From the NCBI RefSeq assembly GCF_051097895.1, contig NZ_CP142525.1, positions 1,950,001 to 1,982,000 on the forward strand: a stretch of 32,000 bases of DNA, written 5' to 3'. The notes beneath the pieces were generated by a model that saw only the letters and a program-made list of their open reading frames with translations, made no database searches and had not been told where the DNA came from. The stretch comes from Psychrobacter sp. HD31. GTDB lineage: Bacteria; Pseudomonadota; Gammaproteobacteria; Pseudomonadales; Moraxellaceae. Position numbers and translations under genes: made by a program. Below are positions 17,236-26,282 of the stretch, one piece after another. Position 1 is the stretch's first letter. The number at the start of each line of letters is the position of its first letter.

Positions 17236-18876
17236 ATGAATAATGTGTTACATGTTGCCCAAAACTGGGCAGACCAAGACTCAGATATTGAAACTAAAAA
17301 TGAACTCCAAACCTTGATTGACAATAATAATGTTGAAGAGTTAACGGCTCGCTTTTCAGGTCGTTTACAGTTTGGTACGGCAGGTTTGCGTGGTCCTTTA
17401 CAGGCAGGTTCTATGGGCATGAACCGTGTATTGGTGGCGCAAGCGGCTGCAGGGTTAGCAAAATTTTTGCTTGAGCGTAATGCCGCTCCAAGTATTGTGA
17501 TTGGTTATGATGCTCGCAAAAATTCAGATATCTTTGCAAAAGACACTGCCGAAATTATGCAGGGTATGGGCGTCAATGCTCAAATCATGCCTGACTTTCG
17601 TCCAACTCCGGTATTGGCTTATGCTGTGCGTAAGCTAAATGCCAGTGCGGGGGTTATGGTGACAGCGAGTCATAATCCGCCAGAAGACAATGGCTATAAA
17701 GTGTTTTTAGGTGATGAAGATGATGGCGCACAAATTGTACCGCCAAATGATGCGTTAATTGCCAAACAAATTGAATGGGTGGCAGCTAACCAAAAAGTGG
17801 ATGAGTTACCACGCAGTAATGATTATGGCACCATCCATCAAAATGTAATTGATGATTACATTCAAAAATCAGCGGCTGTCTATCAAGCAAAAATTGATGA
17901 TGAGTTAAAATACGTTTATACCGCTATGCACGGTATTGGTACTCAAACTTTATTGCAAACGTTAGAACAAATAGGTTTCCCAAAACCAATTTTGGTAGAC
18001 GAGCAATGCACACCAGATGGTAGCTTTCCTACGGTATCATTTCCAAACCCAGAAGAGGCAGGTGCCTTAGATTTAGCGATTGCTAAAGCCAAAGAGGTGG
18101 GCGCAGAGTTTATTGTTGCTAATGACCCAGATGCCGACCGATTGGCTGTTGCTGTGGCTGATGACGCAGGCGAGTGGGCAACTCTGCACGGTAACGAGGT
18201 TGGTTTGTATTTAGCTTGGCACATTGCTAAAAAAGCACAAGCCGAAGGCAAAAAAGGTGTGTTAGCGTGTTCTTTAGTTTCTAGTCCTGCTTTAGCAAAG
18301 GTTGCCAAAGCAACAGGGTTAGAGCATAAAGAAACCTTAACCGGTTTTAAATGGATTGGTCGTCTGCCTAATTTAATTTTTGGGTATGAAGAGGCACTTG
18401 GTTATTTAGTGAATCCAGACTGTGCGCATGACAAAGATGGTATTTCGGCAATTATTTGCTTTTTAGATTTAATAAATGACCTAAAAAGTGAAGGAAAAAC
18501 GTTGGCGCAGTCATTTAAAGCGTATCGACAAGAGTTTACTAAAACGTTTGGTGCTTTAGTTAGTGACCAAATCAGCGTCCGTGTTGAAGATTTAGAGCGA
18601 ATCAACCGAATATTGGCGACTGTAAGAAATGAGCCATTTACCAACATGGCAGATTTTACCGTAGAGTCTTACGTTGATCATCTCAAAACTGAAAAAGACA
18701 ACAATATCTTGGTGTTTTATTTAGCGGGTGGGCATCGTGTGATTTTCCGTCCATCTGGTACCGAGCCAAAGTTAAAAATATATTTAGACACAGCAGGTGA
18801 AACACTCGCTCAAGCAAAATTAGCCATTGAGGCGATTAAACAAGATTTAGAACAATATTTAGAGAATATTGCATAA
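17236..18876 (+). CDS. Alpha-D-phosphohexomutase-superfamily phospho-sugar mutase (PGM2/PgcA-like), probable phosphopentomutase by context
   Basis: Phosphoserine loop TASHNPPEDNGYKV and the typical GYDARKNS and DPDADR (metal loop) motifs. The start is chosen at ATG 17236 (GGAG upstream), not 17152, which would overlap deoA by 65 nt. It lies between deoA and deoD, where E. coli has deoB. Confidence 0.8.
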   Translation: MNNVLHVAQNWADQDSDIETKNELQTLIDNNNVEELTARFSGRLQFGTAGLRGPLQAGSMGMNRVLVAQAAAGLAKFLLERNAAPSIVIGYDARKNSDIFAKDTAEIMQGMGVNAQIMPDFRPTPVLAYAVRKLNASAGVMVTASHNPPEDNGYKVFLGDEDDGAQIVPPNDALIAKQIEWVAANQKVDELPRSNDYGTIHQNVIDDYIQKSAAVYQAKIDDELKYVYTAMHGIGTQTLLQTLEQIGFPKPILVDEQCTPDGSFPTVSFPNPEEAGALDLAIAKAKEVGAEFIVANDPDADRLAVAVADDAGEWATLHGNEVGLYLAWHIAKKAQAEGKKGVLACSLVSSPALAKVAKATGLEHKETLTGFKWIGRLPNLIFGYEEALGYLVNPDCAHDKDGISAIICFLDLINDLKSEGKTLAQSFKAYRQEFTKTFGALVSDQISVRVEDLERINRILATVRNEPFTNMADFTVESYVDHLKTEKDNNILVFYLAGGHRVIFRPSGTEPKLKIYLDTAGETLAQAKLAIEAIKQDLEQYLENIA

Positions 18877-18903
18877 ATATTTAAATAAAAATAGGAGAAA
18901 AAA

Positions 18904-19620
18904 ATGGCTACTGCTCATATTAATGCAGAACAAGGTGATTTTGCAGATGTTGTATTAATGCCGGGTGACCCATTACGTGCAAAATACATTGCAGAAACTT
19001 ATTTAGATGATGTTAAACAAGTGTGTGATGTACGCAATATGTTTGGTTTTACGGGCACATATAAAGGGCGTCGTATTTCGGTTATGGGGCATGGCATGGG
19101 TATCCCTTCATGTTCTATTTATGTGACTGAGCTGATTAAAGACTTTGGTGTTAAAAAGATTATTCGTGTTGGCTCTTGTGGTGCAGTACGTGAAGACATT
19201 AAAGTGCGCGATGTGGTGATTGGCATGAGTGCTTCAACTGACTCTATGGTTAACCGAACTCGTTTTGGTGGTTATGACTTTGCAGCAACGGCAGACTTTG
19301 GCATGACACAAGCATTAGTACAAGCGGCTAAAAACCTTAACATTACGCCAAAAGTAGGTAACCTATTTTCGGCCGATTTATTCTATTCACCAGATTCAGC
19401 CATGTTTGATACCATGGCCAAATACGGTATTGTGGGTGTTGAAATGGAAGCTGCCGGTATTTATGGTGTGGCTGCAGAGTTTGGTGCTAAGGCTGCTACT
19501 ATTTGTACTGTATCAGACCATATTAAAACCGGTGAGCAAACCACATCAGAAGAACGTCAAAACACCTTTAATGACATGATGATTATTGCGCTAGAGTCGG
19601 TATTGTTGGATGATGAATAA
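18904..19620 (+). CDS. deoD: Purine nucleoside phosphorylase (hexameric DeoD type)
   Basis: 238 aa. [32 protein letters not shown]… is nearly identical in pattern to E. coli DeoD. AGGAGA Shine-Dalgarno upstream. Confidence 0.95.
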   Translation: MATAHINAEQGDFADVVLMPGDPLRAKYIAETYLDDVKQVCDVRNMFGFTGTYKGRRISVMGHGMGIPSCSIYVTELIKDFGVKKIIRVGSCGAVREDIKVRDVVIGMSASTDSMVNRTRFGGYDFAATADFGMTQALVQAAKNLNITPKVGNLFSADLFYSPDSAMFDTMAKYGIVGVEMEAAGIYGVAAEFGAKAATICTVSDHIKTGEQTTSEERQNTFNDMMIIALESVLLDDE

Positions 19621-19654
19621 AGCTATATAAGCTAACAGTAATGTTAAATGATAC

Positions 19655-19693
19655 AAAAAAGCCTGCAGCTATTGATGCAGGCTTTTTATTTTT
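19655..19693. terminator. Bidirectional rho-independent terminator (deo operon / converging membrane-protein gene)
   Basis: Stem gcctgca (19661-19667) / tgcaggc (19676-19682), with an A-run before and a T-run after. Confidence 0.8.
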
Positions 19694-19703
19694 GATATTA
19701 CAA

Positions 19704-20348
19704 CTAGCTCATTTCAACCGCTTGTATACCTTTGGTAGGAACCACTTCTAATACATGTTTTTTTATGGTATCAATAGGTAAGTTTTGCGCTTGCATACGT
19801 TTAGGGATTATTTGGCTGCCTTTTTGACCACGCATCTCAAACATAATAAACATAAACTCATCAGTCTCATCCCATCCTGTCACGGCATTCCATGGGATAA
19901 CGGCTTGCTGGTTATTCGGCATACGCATTTGCATGCCTCGCATTGACTTGCTCATGTTTTGTTGTGGTGCAGGCATAGACATAACTAACCCTTGTTTTTG
20001 CACGCCAAGTTTTACTTGTTTCATCTCTTCTGGCATGTCTTGCTCTGCCATTTGCTTGTTAAACTCACGTTTAACATACCACTTCATCCCTAATGTGCGT
20101 ATGGCAATATATAAAACAACCCCCGCTAGCATTACCCAAAATAGAGCAGTTGAGTAGCCAGTGACATAATATAAACCGCCAAGTGCTAAAGCGGTGATGA
20201 TAGCCATAATAATCCACTCTTTCATTTTAATGTTTGATAAACCAAAAGATTGGCTGCTTTTATCAAACAACGCCATTTGTGCTTTTTCAAATTCGGCTTC
20301 GCTCATATTAAGTGCAACGGGCTGTAGGGTATAAGGGTATAAGGCCAT
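19704..20348 (-). CDS. Hypothetical 2-TM membrane protein with a Met/Gln-rich linker (possibly a YcxB-like C-terminal domain)
   Basis: 214 aa. Two adjacent hydrophobic helices (about residues 45-85), then a Met-rich segment and a small soluble C-terminal domain. The family assignment is tentative. Confidence 0.6.
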   Translation of the reverse strand: MALYPYTLQPVALNMSEAEFEKAQMALFDKSSQSFGLSNIKMKEWIIMAIITALALGGLYYVTGYSTALFWVMLAGVVLYIAIRTLGMKWYVKREFNKQMAEQDMPEEMKQVKLGVQKQGLVMSMPAPQQNMSKSMRGMQMRMPNNQQAVIPWNAVTGWDETDEFMFIMFEMRGQKGSQIIPKRMQAQNLPIDTIKKHVLEVVPTKGIQAVEMS

Positions 20349-20573
20349 GGGGTATCTTCCAACTGGTAAACAAAAAACAAGATTTGTTTACTAAATAAAG
20401 TGAATTAAATTAATCTTGTAATGTTACCCAAAACCTACTAACTAGGCAACCGTTATCGGCTTTATTTGTTATAAATTAAGCGCTAAAGATGGTCAAAAAA
20501 GGGTAGGCTTGGTATCATATACACATATTTTAATAAAAAATTTATACATTGTTTTATATATTAAGGAAACCAA

Positions 20574-21842
20574 ATGATTGACCCAAAATTATTGCGTGGC
20601 GATTTAACCGAGCTTAAAGCTAAATTGGCAACTCGAGGCTATGAGCTAGATATGTCATTTTGGCAAGACGTAGAAAGCAAACGTAAGTCATTGCAGGTTA
20701 AAACAGAAGAGCTGCAAGCAAAACGTAATGCAGGGGCAAAACAAGTTGGCGAGCTTAAGCGTAATGGTGAAGACGCCACCGAAGTAATGCAACAAATGCA
20801 AGCAGTAAGTGCAGAAATTAAACAAGCCGAAGAAAGCTTGCGTACCTTACAAGAAAGTATAAACAGTAATGCGTTGCAAATTCCAAACATTCCAGAAGAT
20901 GGTTTGCCAATAGGCGAAGATGAAGCAGACAATGTGGAAATCCGCAAATGGGGCGAGCCTAGACAATTTGACTTTGAAATTAAAGATCACACCGATGTAG
21001 GTGAAGGCTTAGGTTTACTAGATTTTGAAATGGCAGCCAAACTAACAGGTAGTCGTTTTAGTGTTTTAAAAGGTGGGCTGGCTCGCTTAAATCGTGCATT
21101 AATCCAGTTTATGTTAGATACGCACACACAAAAATATGGTTACACCGAGATGTATGTGCCTTACATTGTCAATAGTGATAGTTTGCAAGGTACAGGGCAA
21201 CTACCAAAGTTTGAAGAAGATTTATTTAAACTACGTGGGGAGCGTGATTATTATTTAATCCCAACCTCAGAGGTGCCGTTAACTAACAGTGTACGTGATG
21301 ACATTGTACCTTTAGAGCAATTGCCTATTAAGGTGACAGCACATACACCTTGCTTCCGCAGTGAAGCCGGTTCAGCAGGACGAGATACCCGTGGTTTGAT
21401 TCGTCAGCACCAGTTTGAAAAAGTAGAGATGGTGAACATTGTCCGTGCCGATGACTCTGCTCAGGCATTAGAAGATATGACGGCTCAGGCTGAGTATATT
21501 TTACAGCAGTTAAATCTGCCTTACCGTGTGGTGCAATTATGTACTGGTGACATGGGCTTTAGTGCCAAGCGTACGTATGATATTGAAGTATGGTTGCCAA
21601 GTCAGGATACGTATCGTGAGATTTCTAGCTGTTCAAACTGTGGCGATTTCCAAGCGCGCCGTATGAACACCCGCACCAAAGACGGCAAAAAAACTGAGCT
21701 ATTGCACACACTAAATGGCTCTGGTTTGGCGGTAGGTCGCACGTTACTTGCGATTATGGAAAACCATCAAAATGAAGATGGCACAATTACAATACCTGAA
21801 GTCTTGCGTGGTTATATGGGTGGAGTTGAAGTAATTGGTTAG
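20574..21842 (+). CDS. serS: Seryl-tRNA synthetase
   Basis: 422 aa. N-terminal coiled-coil arm (MIDPKLLR…) and class II motifs ([34 protein letters not shown]). Confidence 0.95.
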   Translation: MIDPKLLRGDLTELKAKLATRGYELDMSFWQDVESKRKSLQVKTEELQAKRNAGAKQVGELKRNGEDATEVMQQMQAVSAEIKQAEESLRTLQESINSNALQIPNIPEDGLPIGEDEADNVEIRKWGEPRQFDFEIKDHTDVGEGLGLLDFEMAAKLTGSRFSVLKGGLARLNRALIQFMLDTHTQKYGYTEMYVPYIVNSDSLQGTGQLPKFEEDLFKLRGERDYYLIPTSEVPLTNSVRDDIVPLEQLPIKVTAHTPCFRSEAGSAGRDTRGLIRQHQFEKVEMVNIVRADDSAQALEDMTAQAEYILQQLNLPYRVVQLCTGDMGFSAKRTYDIEVWLPSQDTYREISSCSNCGDFQARRMNTRTKDGKKTELLHTLNGSGLAVGRTLLAIMENHQNEDGTITIPEVLRGYMGGVEVIG

Positions 21843-21872
21843 TAGCTAACTAATTATTAAAAGCATAAGTAA

Positions 21873-21901
21873 AGGCAGGTTTTTAAAAAACCTGCCTTTT
21901 T
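21873..21901 (+). terminator. Rho-independent terminator of serS
   Basis: Stem ggcaggtttt / aaaacctgcc, followed by ttttt. Confidence 0.8.
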
Positions 21902-22072
21902 AATTGGGTTAAATTATCTTACAAGTCACAGAATCTAACTAGAGAGTTATAAATAAACGGTATTTTATACCAATCCATCCACAAATTGATTTAATAATAA
22001 GGTAAAATATGTAGGTTAAATTTTATTTCAATTCTTAGCCAATTTAATTAACTTTTTAAACAGGAACGCATT

Positions 22073-24070
22073 ATGCCGACCCCAATCAATCAACGTAAAC
22101 TTGCCAATGCTATCCGTGTATTATCAATGGATGCGGTACAACAAGCCAACTCTGGTCACCCAGGTGCACCAATGGGCATGGCAGATATTGCCGAAGTATT
22201 ATGGCGTAAGTTTTTAAAACATAACCCAACCAATCCAAACTGGGCAAACCGTGACCGCTTTGTCTTGTCAAATGGTCATGGTTCAATGTTGATTTATTCA
22301 CTTTTACACCTAACAGGTTATGATGTCAGTATTGATGATTTAAAAAGTTTCCGTCAATTACATTCAAAAACCCCAGGTCACCCAGAATATGGTTATACCC
22401 CAGGGGTAGAAACAACCACAGGTCCTTTAGGGCAGGGTATTGCGAATGCGGTTGGTTTTGCGATTGCAGAAAAAACATTAGCAGCACAGTTTAACCGAGA
22501 AGGTCATAATATCATTGACCATAATACCTATGCGTTTTTAGGTGACGGTTGTTTAATGGAAGGCATTAGCCATGAGGTTTGCTCGTTGGCTGGCACCTTG
22601 GGGCTTGGTAAATTGGTGTTTTTCTACGATGATAACAACATCTCTATTGATGGTGAAGTAGAAGGCTGGTTTACGGACGATACGCAAAAACGTTTTGAAA
22701 GCTATAATTGGCAAGTTATCAAAGTTGATGGTCATGATAGTGAAGCAATTGATGCCGCCACAAGAGCAGCGTTAGAAGAAACTAGCAAACCAACATTAGT
22801 TATCTGTAAAACTGTCATTGGTGCAGGTTCACCAAACAAACAAGGCACAGAATCTTGCCATGGTGCACCACTGGGCGATGAAGAAATTGCATTGACCCGT
22901 AAAGAATTAGGGTGGGAAAAGCCAGCATTTGAAGTTGATGAAGAAATTTATGAAGCTTGGGATGGCAAAGCAAAAGGCGACATGCTAGAAAAAAATTGGG
23001 ATGCTGATTTTGCTGCATATAAAAAAGCATACCCAGAACTTGCTGCTGAGCTTGAACGCCGTTTAGCAGGTGACCTGCCAGCTGAGTTTGAAGCCAAAAC
23101 ACAAGCTTATATTGCAGAATGTCAAGAAAAAGGCGAAGTGGTTGCCACTCGTAAAGCCAGTCAAAACGCTATCAACGCATTACAAAAAATGCTACCAGAA
23201 TTTTTAGGTGGCTCGGCTGACTTAGCAGGCTCAAACCTTACCTTATTTGAAGGCGCAAAAGGTATCCAAACCGATGCTGATGGTAACTATATTTACTATG
23301 GTGTGCGTGAGTTTGGTATGACTGCCATCGCTAATGGTATTGCCCTGCATGGTGGTTTTATCCCATACGTGGCTACTTTCTTAATGTTTATGGAATATGC
23401 ACGTAATGCGGTGCGTATGTCTGCGTTGATGAAACAACAAGTGATTAGCGTGTATACCCATGATTCAATTGGCTTGGGCGAAGATGGACCTACTCACCAA
23501 CCAATAGAGCAGGTTGCTAGCTTACGTAGTACACCAAATCTAAATACATGGCGACCATGTGATACGGTAGAAACAGCAACCGCTTGGGTTGAGTCGGTTA
23601 AAGCTGGTGATAAACCATCGGCACTGATTTTAAGCCGTCAAGGTTTACCACATCAAGCGCGCGATAACAGTCAAGTTGCCAACATCGCCAAAGGTGGTTA
23701 TGTGCTATCTAAAGAGCAAGGAGATTTACAGGCAATTATTATTGCGACAGGTTCAGAAGTCCAGCTAGCAATGCAAGCACAAGCTCAGCTTAGCGATGCA
23801 GGTATTGGTGTACGTGTGGTTTCTATGCCATGTGCGGAAGTATTTATCGCTCAAGATGCCGCTTATCGTGAAGCCGTATTACCAAGTGATGTATATGCAC
23901 GAGTGGCGGTAGAAGCAGGTATCAAAGATTACTGGTATAAGTTTGTTGGTCTAGATGGTCAAGTAATTGGCATGGATACCTTTGGAGAGTCTGCTCCAGC
24001 TGCTGATTTGTTTGCTGAGTTTGGTATTACGACCGATGCGGTTGTGACGGCAGTAAAAGATTTAGTTTAA
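22073..24070 (+). CDS. tkt: Transketolase
   Basis: 665 aa. ThDP-binding motifs ([21 protein letters not shown]) and the transketolase signature [16 protein letters not shown]. Confidence 0.96.
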   Translation: MPTPINQRKLANAIRVLSMDAVQQANSGHPGAPMGMADIAEVLWRKFLKHNPTNPNWANRDRFVLSNGHGSMLIYSLLHLTGYDVSIDDLKSFRQLHSKTPGHPEYGYTPGVETTTGPLGQGIANAVGFAIAEKTLAAQFNREGHNIIDHNTYAFLGDGCLMEGISHEVCSLAGTLGLGKLVFFYDDNNISIDGEVEGWFTDDTQKRFESYNWQVIKVDGHDSEAIDAATRAALEETSKPTLVICKTVIGAGSPNKQGTESCHGAPLGDEEIALTRKELGWEKPAFEVDEEIYEAWDGKAKGDMLEKNWDADFAAYKKAYPELAAELERRLAGDLPAEFEAKTQAYIAECQEKGEVVATRKASQNAINALQKMLPEFLGGSADLAGSNLTLFEGAKGIQTDADGNYIYYGVREFGMTAIANGIALHGGFIPYVATFLMFMEYARNAVRMSALMKQQVISVYTHDSIGLGEDGPTHQPIEQVASLRSTPNLNTWRPCDTVETATAWVESVKAGDKPSALILSRQGLPHQARDNSQVANIAKGGYVLSKEQGDLQAIIIATGSEVQLAMQAQAQLSDAGIGVRVVSMPCAEVFIAQDAAYREAVLPSDVYARVAVEAGIKDYWYKFVGLDGQVIGMDTFGESAPAADLFAEFGITTDAVVTAVKDLV

Positions 24071-24087
24071 ATAGTTTTTAATTTTGG

Positions 24088-24125
24088 GTGTGTCTGCTGT
24101 AGTACATGGCAGGCACATTTTTTTA
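24088..24125 (+). terminator. Rho-independent terminator of tkt
   Basis: Stem tgtgtctgc / gcaggcaca (one G-U pair), followed by a run of T (24118-24125). Confidence 0.65.
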
Positions 24126-24181
24126 TGTTTAATTTATTAAGTAATTAAACATTAGTTTGTTAGTTTTAGGTGTTTGATTTT

Positions 24182-24715
24182 ATGTCAGAGTTAGTGATAT
24201 TGGGGATGGCTGTTATTGGGTTGATTGGTTTTTTATGGATAATCATCAAGCTTTTTTCACAGCCAAAAAAAGTTAAAAAAATAAAAACAAAAGATAGCAT
24301 ACCAGTTTGGCCATATCAGACGATGCCAATCATGACAGACACTGAGGTCTTGTTTTTTCTCAAATTAAAACAGGCTTTACCCGAGTTTTATATTTTTTCT
24401 CAGGTTCAGCTGTCACGTATTATTGAACCAAATGAATTGGCAGAAAATGATAGAAATTTTTGGTTTAACCGTATTTGTCGCCAAAGTTTGGACTATATTT
24501 TAGTAGGTGAGGATCTGCAAACTGTATTATTAGCGATAGAACTTGATGACTGGACACATGATAGCGTACAACGACAAAACCAAGACGCAAAAAAAAGTAA
24601 AGCTTTAGCAAGTGCTGGTATCCCAATCATTCGCTTTCATAGTGAAAAAATGCCAAGTTATGAGCTAATTAGAGCCGATGTTTTAAAAGTTTTGAATGAT
24701 TATCCTGTGAACTAA
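24182..24715 (+). CDS. Membrane-anchored DUF2726-like (restriction-endonuclease-fold) protein
   Basis: One N-terminal TM helix, then TDTEVLFFLKL…YIFSQVQLSRI…SLDYILV…LLAIELDDWTH…AGIPIIRF, the pattern I recognise as DUF2726. The ATG at 24182 (AGGTG upstream) is preferred over the GTG at 24170. Confidence 0.6.
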   Translation: MSELVILGMAVIGLIGFLWIIIKLFSQPKKVKKIKTKDSIPVWPYQTMPIMTDTEVLFFLKLKQALPEFYIFSQVQLSRIIEPNELAENDRNFWFNRICRQSLDYILVGEDLQTVLLAIELDDWTHDSVQRQNQDAKKSKALASAGIPIIRFHSEKMPSYELIRADVLKVLNDYPVN

Positions 24716-25683
24716 CGATAAGATGAAGCGTGATTATTGCTATTAATAACCATATAAGTTGTTGTGTTCATTTCGTTATTTACGGCAAAAAATAAATTGG
24801 TATCAAGATCTAGTTGTGTATTAGCGATATCAACAATTAAATTTGAATTTTTATTGTAAAAGTTACGGCAAGTAAACCACTCTATATAGTTTGCAGCTCT
24901 GACAGTAAGGCTTTCACGGTCAGTAAACAGCTTATTCGCTTTTTCTACTGTGTACCAAGTATGCAGCGGAAAGCTGTCTGTTAACCATGCTGGCTTTGTA
25001 AAAACGCTGTTAGTATCAGGTTTAAAAAAACGACCTTTAATGACAGCGTAGCGTTTGTCTATTTTTAGTGGTTTATTGCCCAGCAAACTTTGGTTAGGGT
25101 CAACTTCAACACTATTGATGCTAAATGGTTTGGTTGCCATATGGTCTAGCTTGCGTTGCAGATTATCTTTTGAGTTGATACCAATCCAGTTAGTTGGTTC
25201 AAAAGGTGGATAACCAAGATAAAACTTAACTGCCAACTCCCAATGTTCAACTAAGTTGGTATCGTGGTTGAAGACAATTAAATCCAACTCGCCAAAGGTT
25301 TGCCCATTTTGGATGATTTGCAAATTGTGAGCGATTATCTCAAATGGGTGTAACTTAAGTGCAAAGCCATCTTGCAGCCAAAACAACACTAAACCCTCAA
25401 AATGAAAGCCTAAACGGTGAGGGCTAGGGCGGCTCATTAAAAACTTAGTGAGCTTTTGGTAGTCATTGGTGCTGTCGAGTTGTTTTAACCTTGCTTGATA
25501 CTTGTTAAATTGTTGTTGCCAAAATTTAGGGGGATGAACATGGATGTTTTGTTGATTGATTTGGTCAGCATTGTTGCTTTGCCAGTTTTTTATGGCACTT
25601 GGGCATATTAACGTAAACGCCAAATCTTGTACAAAAGGGCGTTTAAAAGTTAAGGCATCTTGTATATCTTTGTTATTTTCCAT
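24712..25683 (-). CDS. DUF1853-like protein (PD-(D/E)xK nuclease-fold family)
   Basis: 323 aa with GELDLIVF…EHWELAVKFYLG, as I recall the DUF1853 core. Its stop codon overlaps the stop of the convergent DUF2726-like gene (24712-24715). TATAAT lies 10 nt upstream of the ATG and there is no Shine-Dalgarno. Confidence 0.55.
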   Translation of the reverse strand: MENNKDIQDALTFKRPFVQDLAFTLICPSAIKNWQSNNADQINQQNIHVHPPKFWQQQFNKYQARLKQLDSTNDYQKLTKFLMSRPSPHRLGFHFEGLVLFWLQDGFALKLHPFEIIAHNLQIIQNGQTFGELDLIVFNHDTNLVEHWELAVKFYLGYPPFEPTNWIGINSKDNLQRKLDHMATKPFSINSVEVDPNQSLLGNKPLKIDKRYAVIKGRFFKPDTNSVFTKPAWLTDSFPLHTWYTVEKANKLFTDRESLTVRAANYIEWFTCRNFYNKNSNLIVDIANTQLDLDTNLFFAVNNEMNTTTYMVINSNNHASSYR

Positions 25684-25714
25684 TTTATTAATTATAACGA
25701 GACAACATCGTTAA

Positions 25715-25748
25715 AACAAAAAAGTCAGCAAAATAGATTTGCTGACTT
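25715..25748 (-). terminator. Rho-independent terminator after tRNA-Pro
   Basis: Stem agtcagcaaa (25723-25732) / tttgctgact (25738-25747). On the minus strand it is followed by TTTTTTG. Confidence 0.75.
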
Positions 25749-25771
25749 ATAAGATATTATATAAAAGTGTT

Positions 25772-25848
25772 TGGTCGGAATGACAGGACTTGAACCTGCG
25801 ACCCCTTGTCCCCCAGACAAGTGCGCTACCAGACTGCGCCACATTCCG
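25772..25848 (-). tRNA. tRNA-Pro (anticodon GGG)
   Basis: The reverse complement folds as a cloverleaf: acceptor CGGAATG/CATTCCG, D-arm GCGC/GCGC, anticodon stem CTTGT/ACAAG with loop CTGGGGG, T-arm GCAGG-TTCAAGT-CCTGT, encoded CCA. 77 nt. Confidence 0.93.
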
Positions 25849-25858
25849 AAAAACCAAC

Positions 25859-25886
25859 ATTTTACGCCAAAAACATAAGTTTGCAA
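25859..25886 (-). promoter_or_regulatory. Candidate sigma70 promoter of tRNA-Pro
   Basis: The minus strand reads TTGCAA (25886-25881), 16-nt spacer, TAAAAT (25864-25859), 10 nt before the mature tRNA 5' end. Confidence 0.5.
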
Positions 25887-25918
25887 GTTTTTATTTTGAT
25901 GTTTTTAACAACAACTAT

Positions 25919-26188
25919 TTAGAGTGCAGTAATAAAACTGATGAATCCTAAAATTATGCCAGGTATGTTGGCAAATAACATGGGCAGGTCTTTTTTCTCT
26001 CTAAAAAAGCCATAGGCAAACCACAAGCTGCAATTAATAATGGTTGCTACAGGTAAAAGAATTGAGCCTTGGTCACCTGCTAAATTTAGTCTTATTTGAT
26101 CAATATAAGATAAAAACATGGCAATGGCGCAACCACTGGCAAGCCAGCCCAAGGTTTTTAAATGTTTATCAGAAATTTGTTTTTTCAT
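25919..26188 (-). CDS. SemiSWEET-like (PQ-loop/MtN3 half-unit) 3-TM transporter
   Basis: 89 aa with three TM helices. The first helix ends in SYIDQI (PQ-loop position, with D instead of P). W..YG lies in TM2 and ANIPG before TM3. Size and topology match bacterial SemiSWEETs. Confidence 0.55.
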   Translation of the reverse strand: MKKQISDKHLKTLGWLASGCAIAMFLSYIDQIRLNLAGDQGSILLPVATIINCSLWFAYGFFREKKDLPMLFANIPGIILGFISFITAL

Positions 26189-26225
26189 AATGTTTAGTCA
26201 GTTGTACTTATTTTATATAGATTGA

Positions 26226-26260
26226 TAAAAAATGGCTTACCATATTGTAGTAAGCCATTC
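26226..26260 (-). terminator. Rho-independent terminator of gatB
   Basis: Stem aatggcttac (26231-26240) / gtaagccatt (26250-26259). On the minus strand it is followed by TTTTTAT. Confidence 0.75.
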
Positions 26261-26282
26261 TCATGTTGGGTTTTACATTAAG

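Noticed and set aside
24071-25918. Possible tRNA-Pro-associated genomic island
   Set aside because: I see no integrase, no transposase and no direct repeat of the tRNA 3' end by eye. Composition is not obviously different from the flanks. It is treated only as a locus of interest, not as a mobile element.
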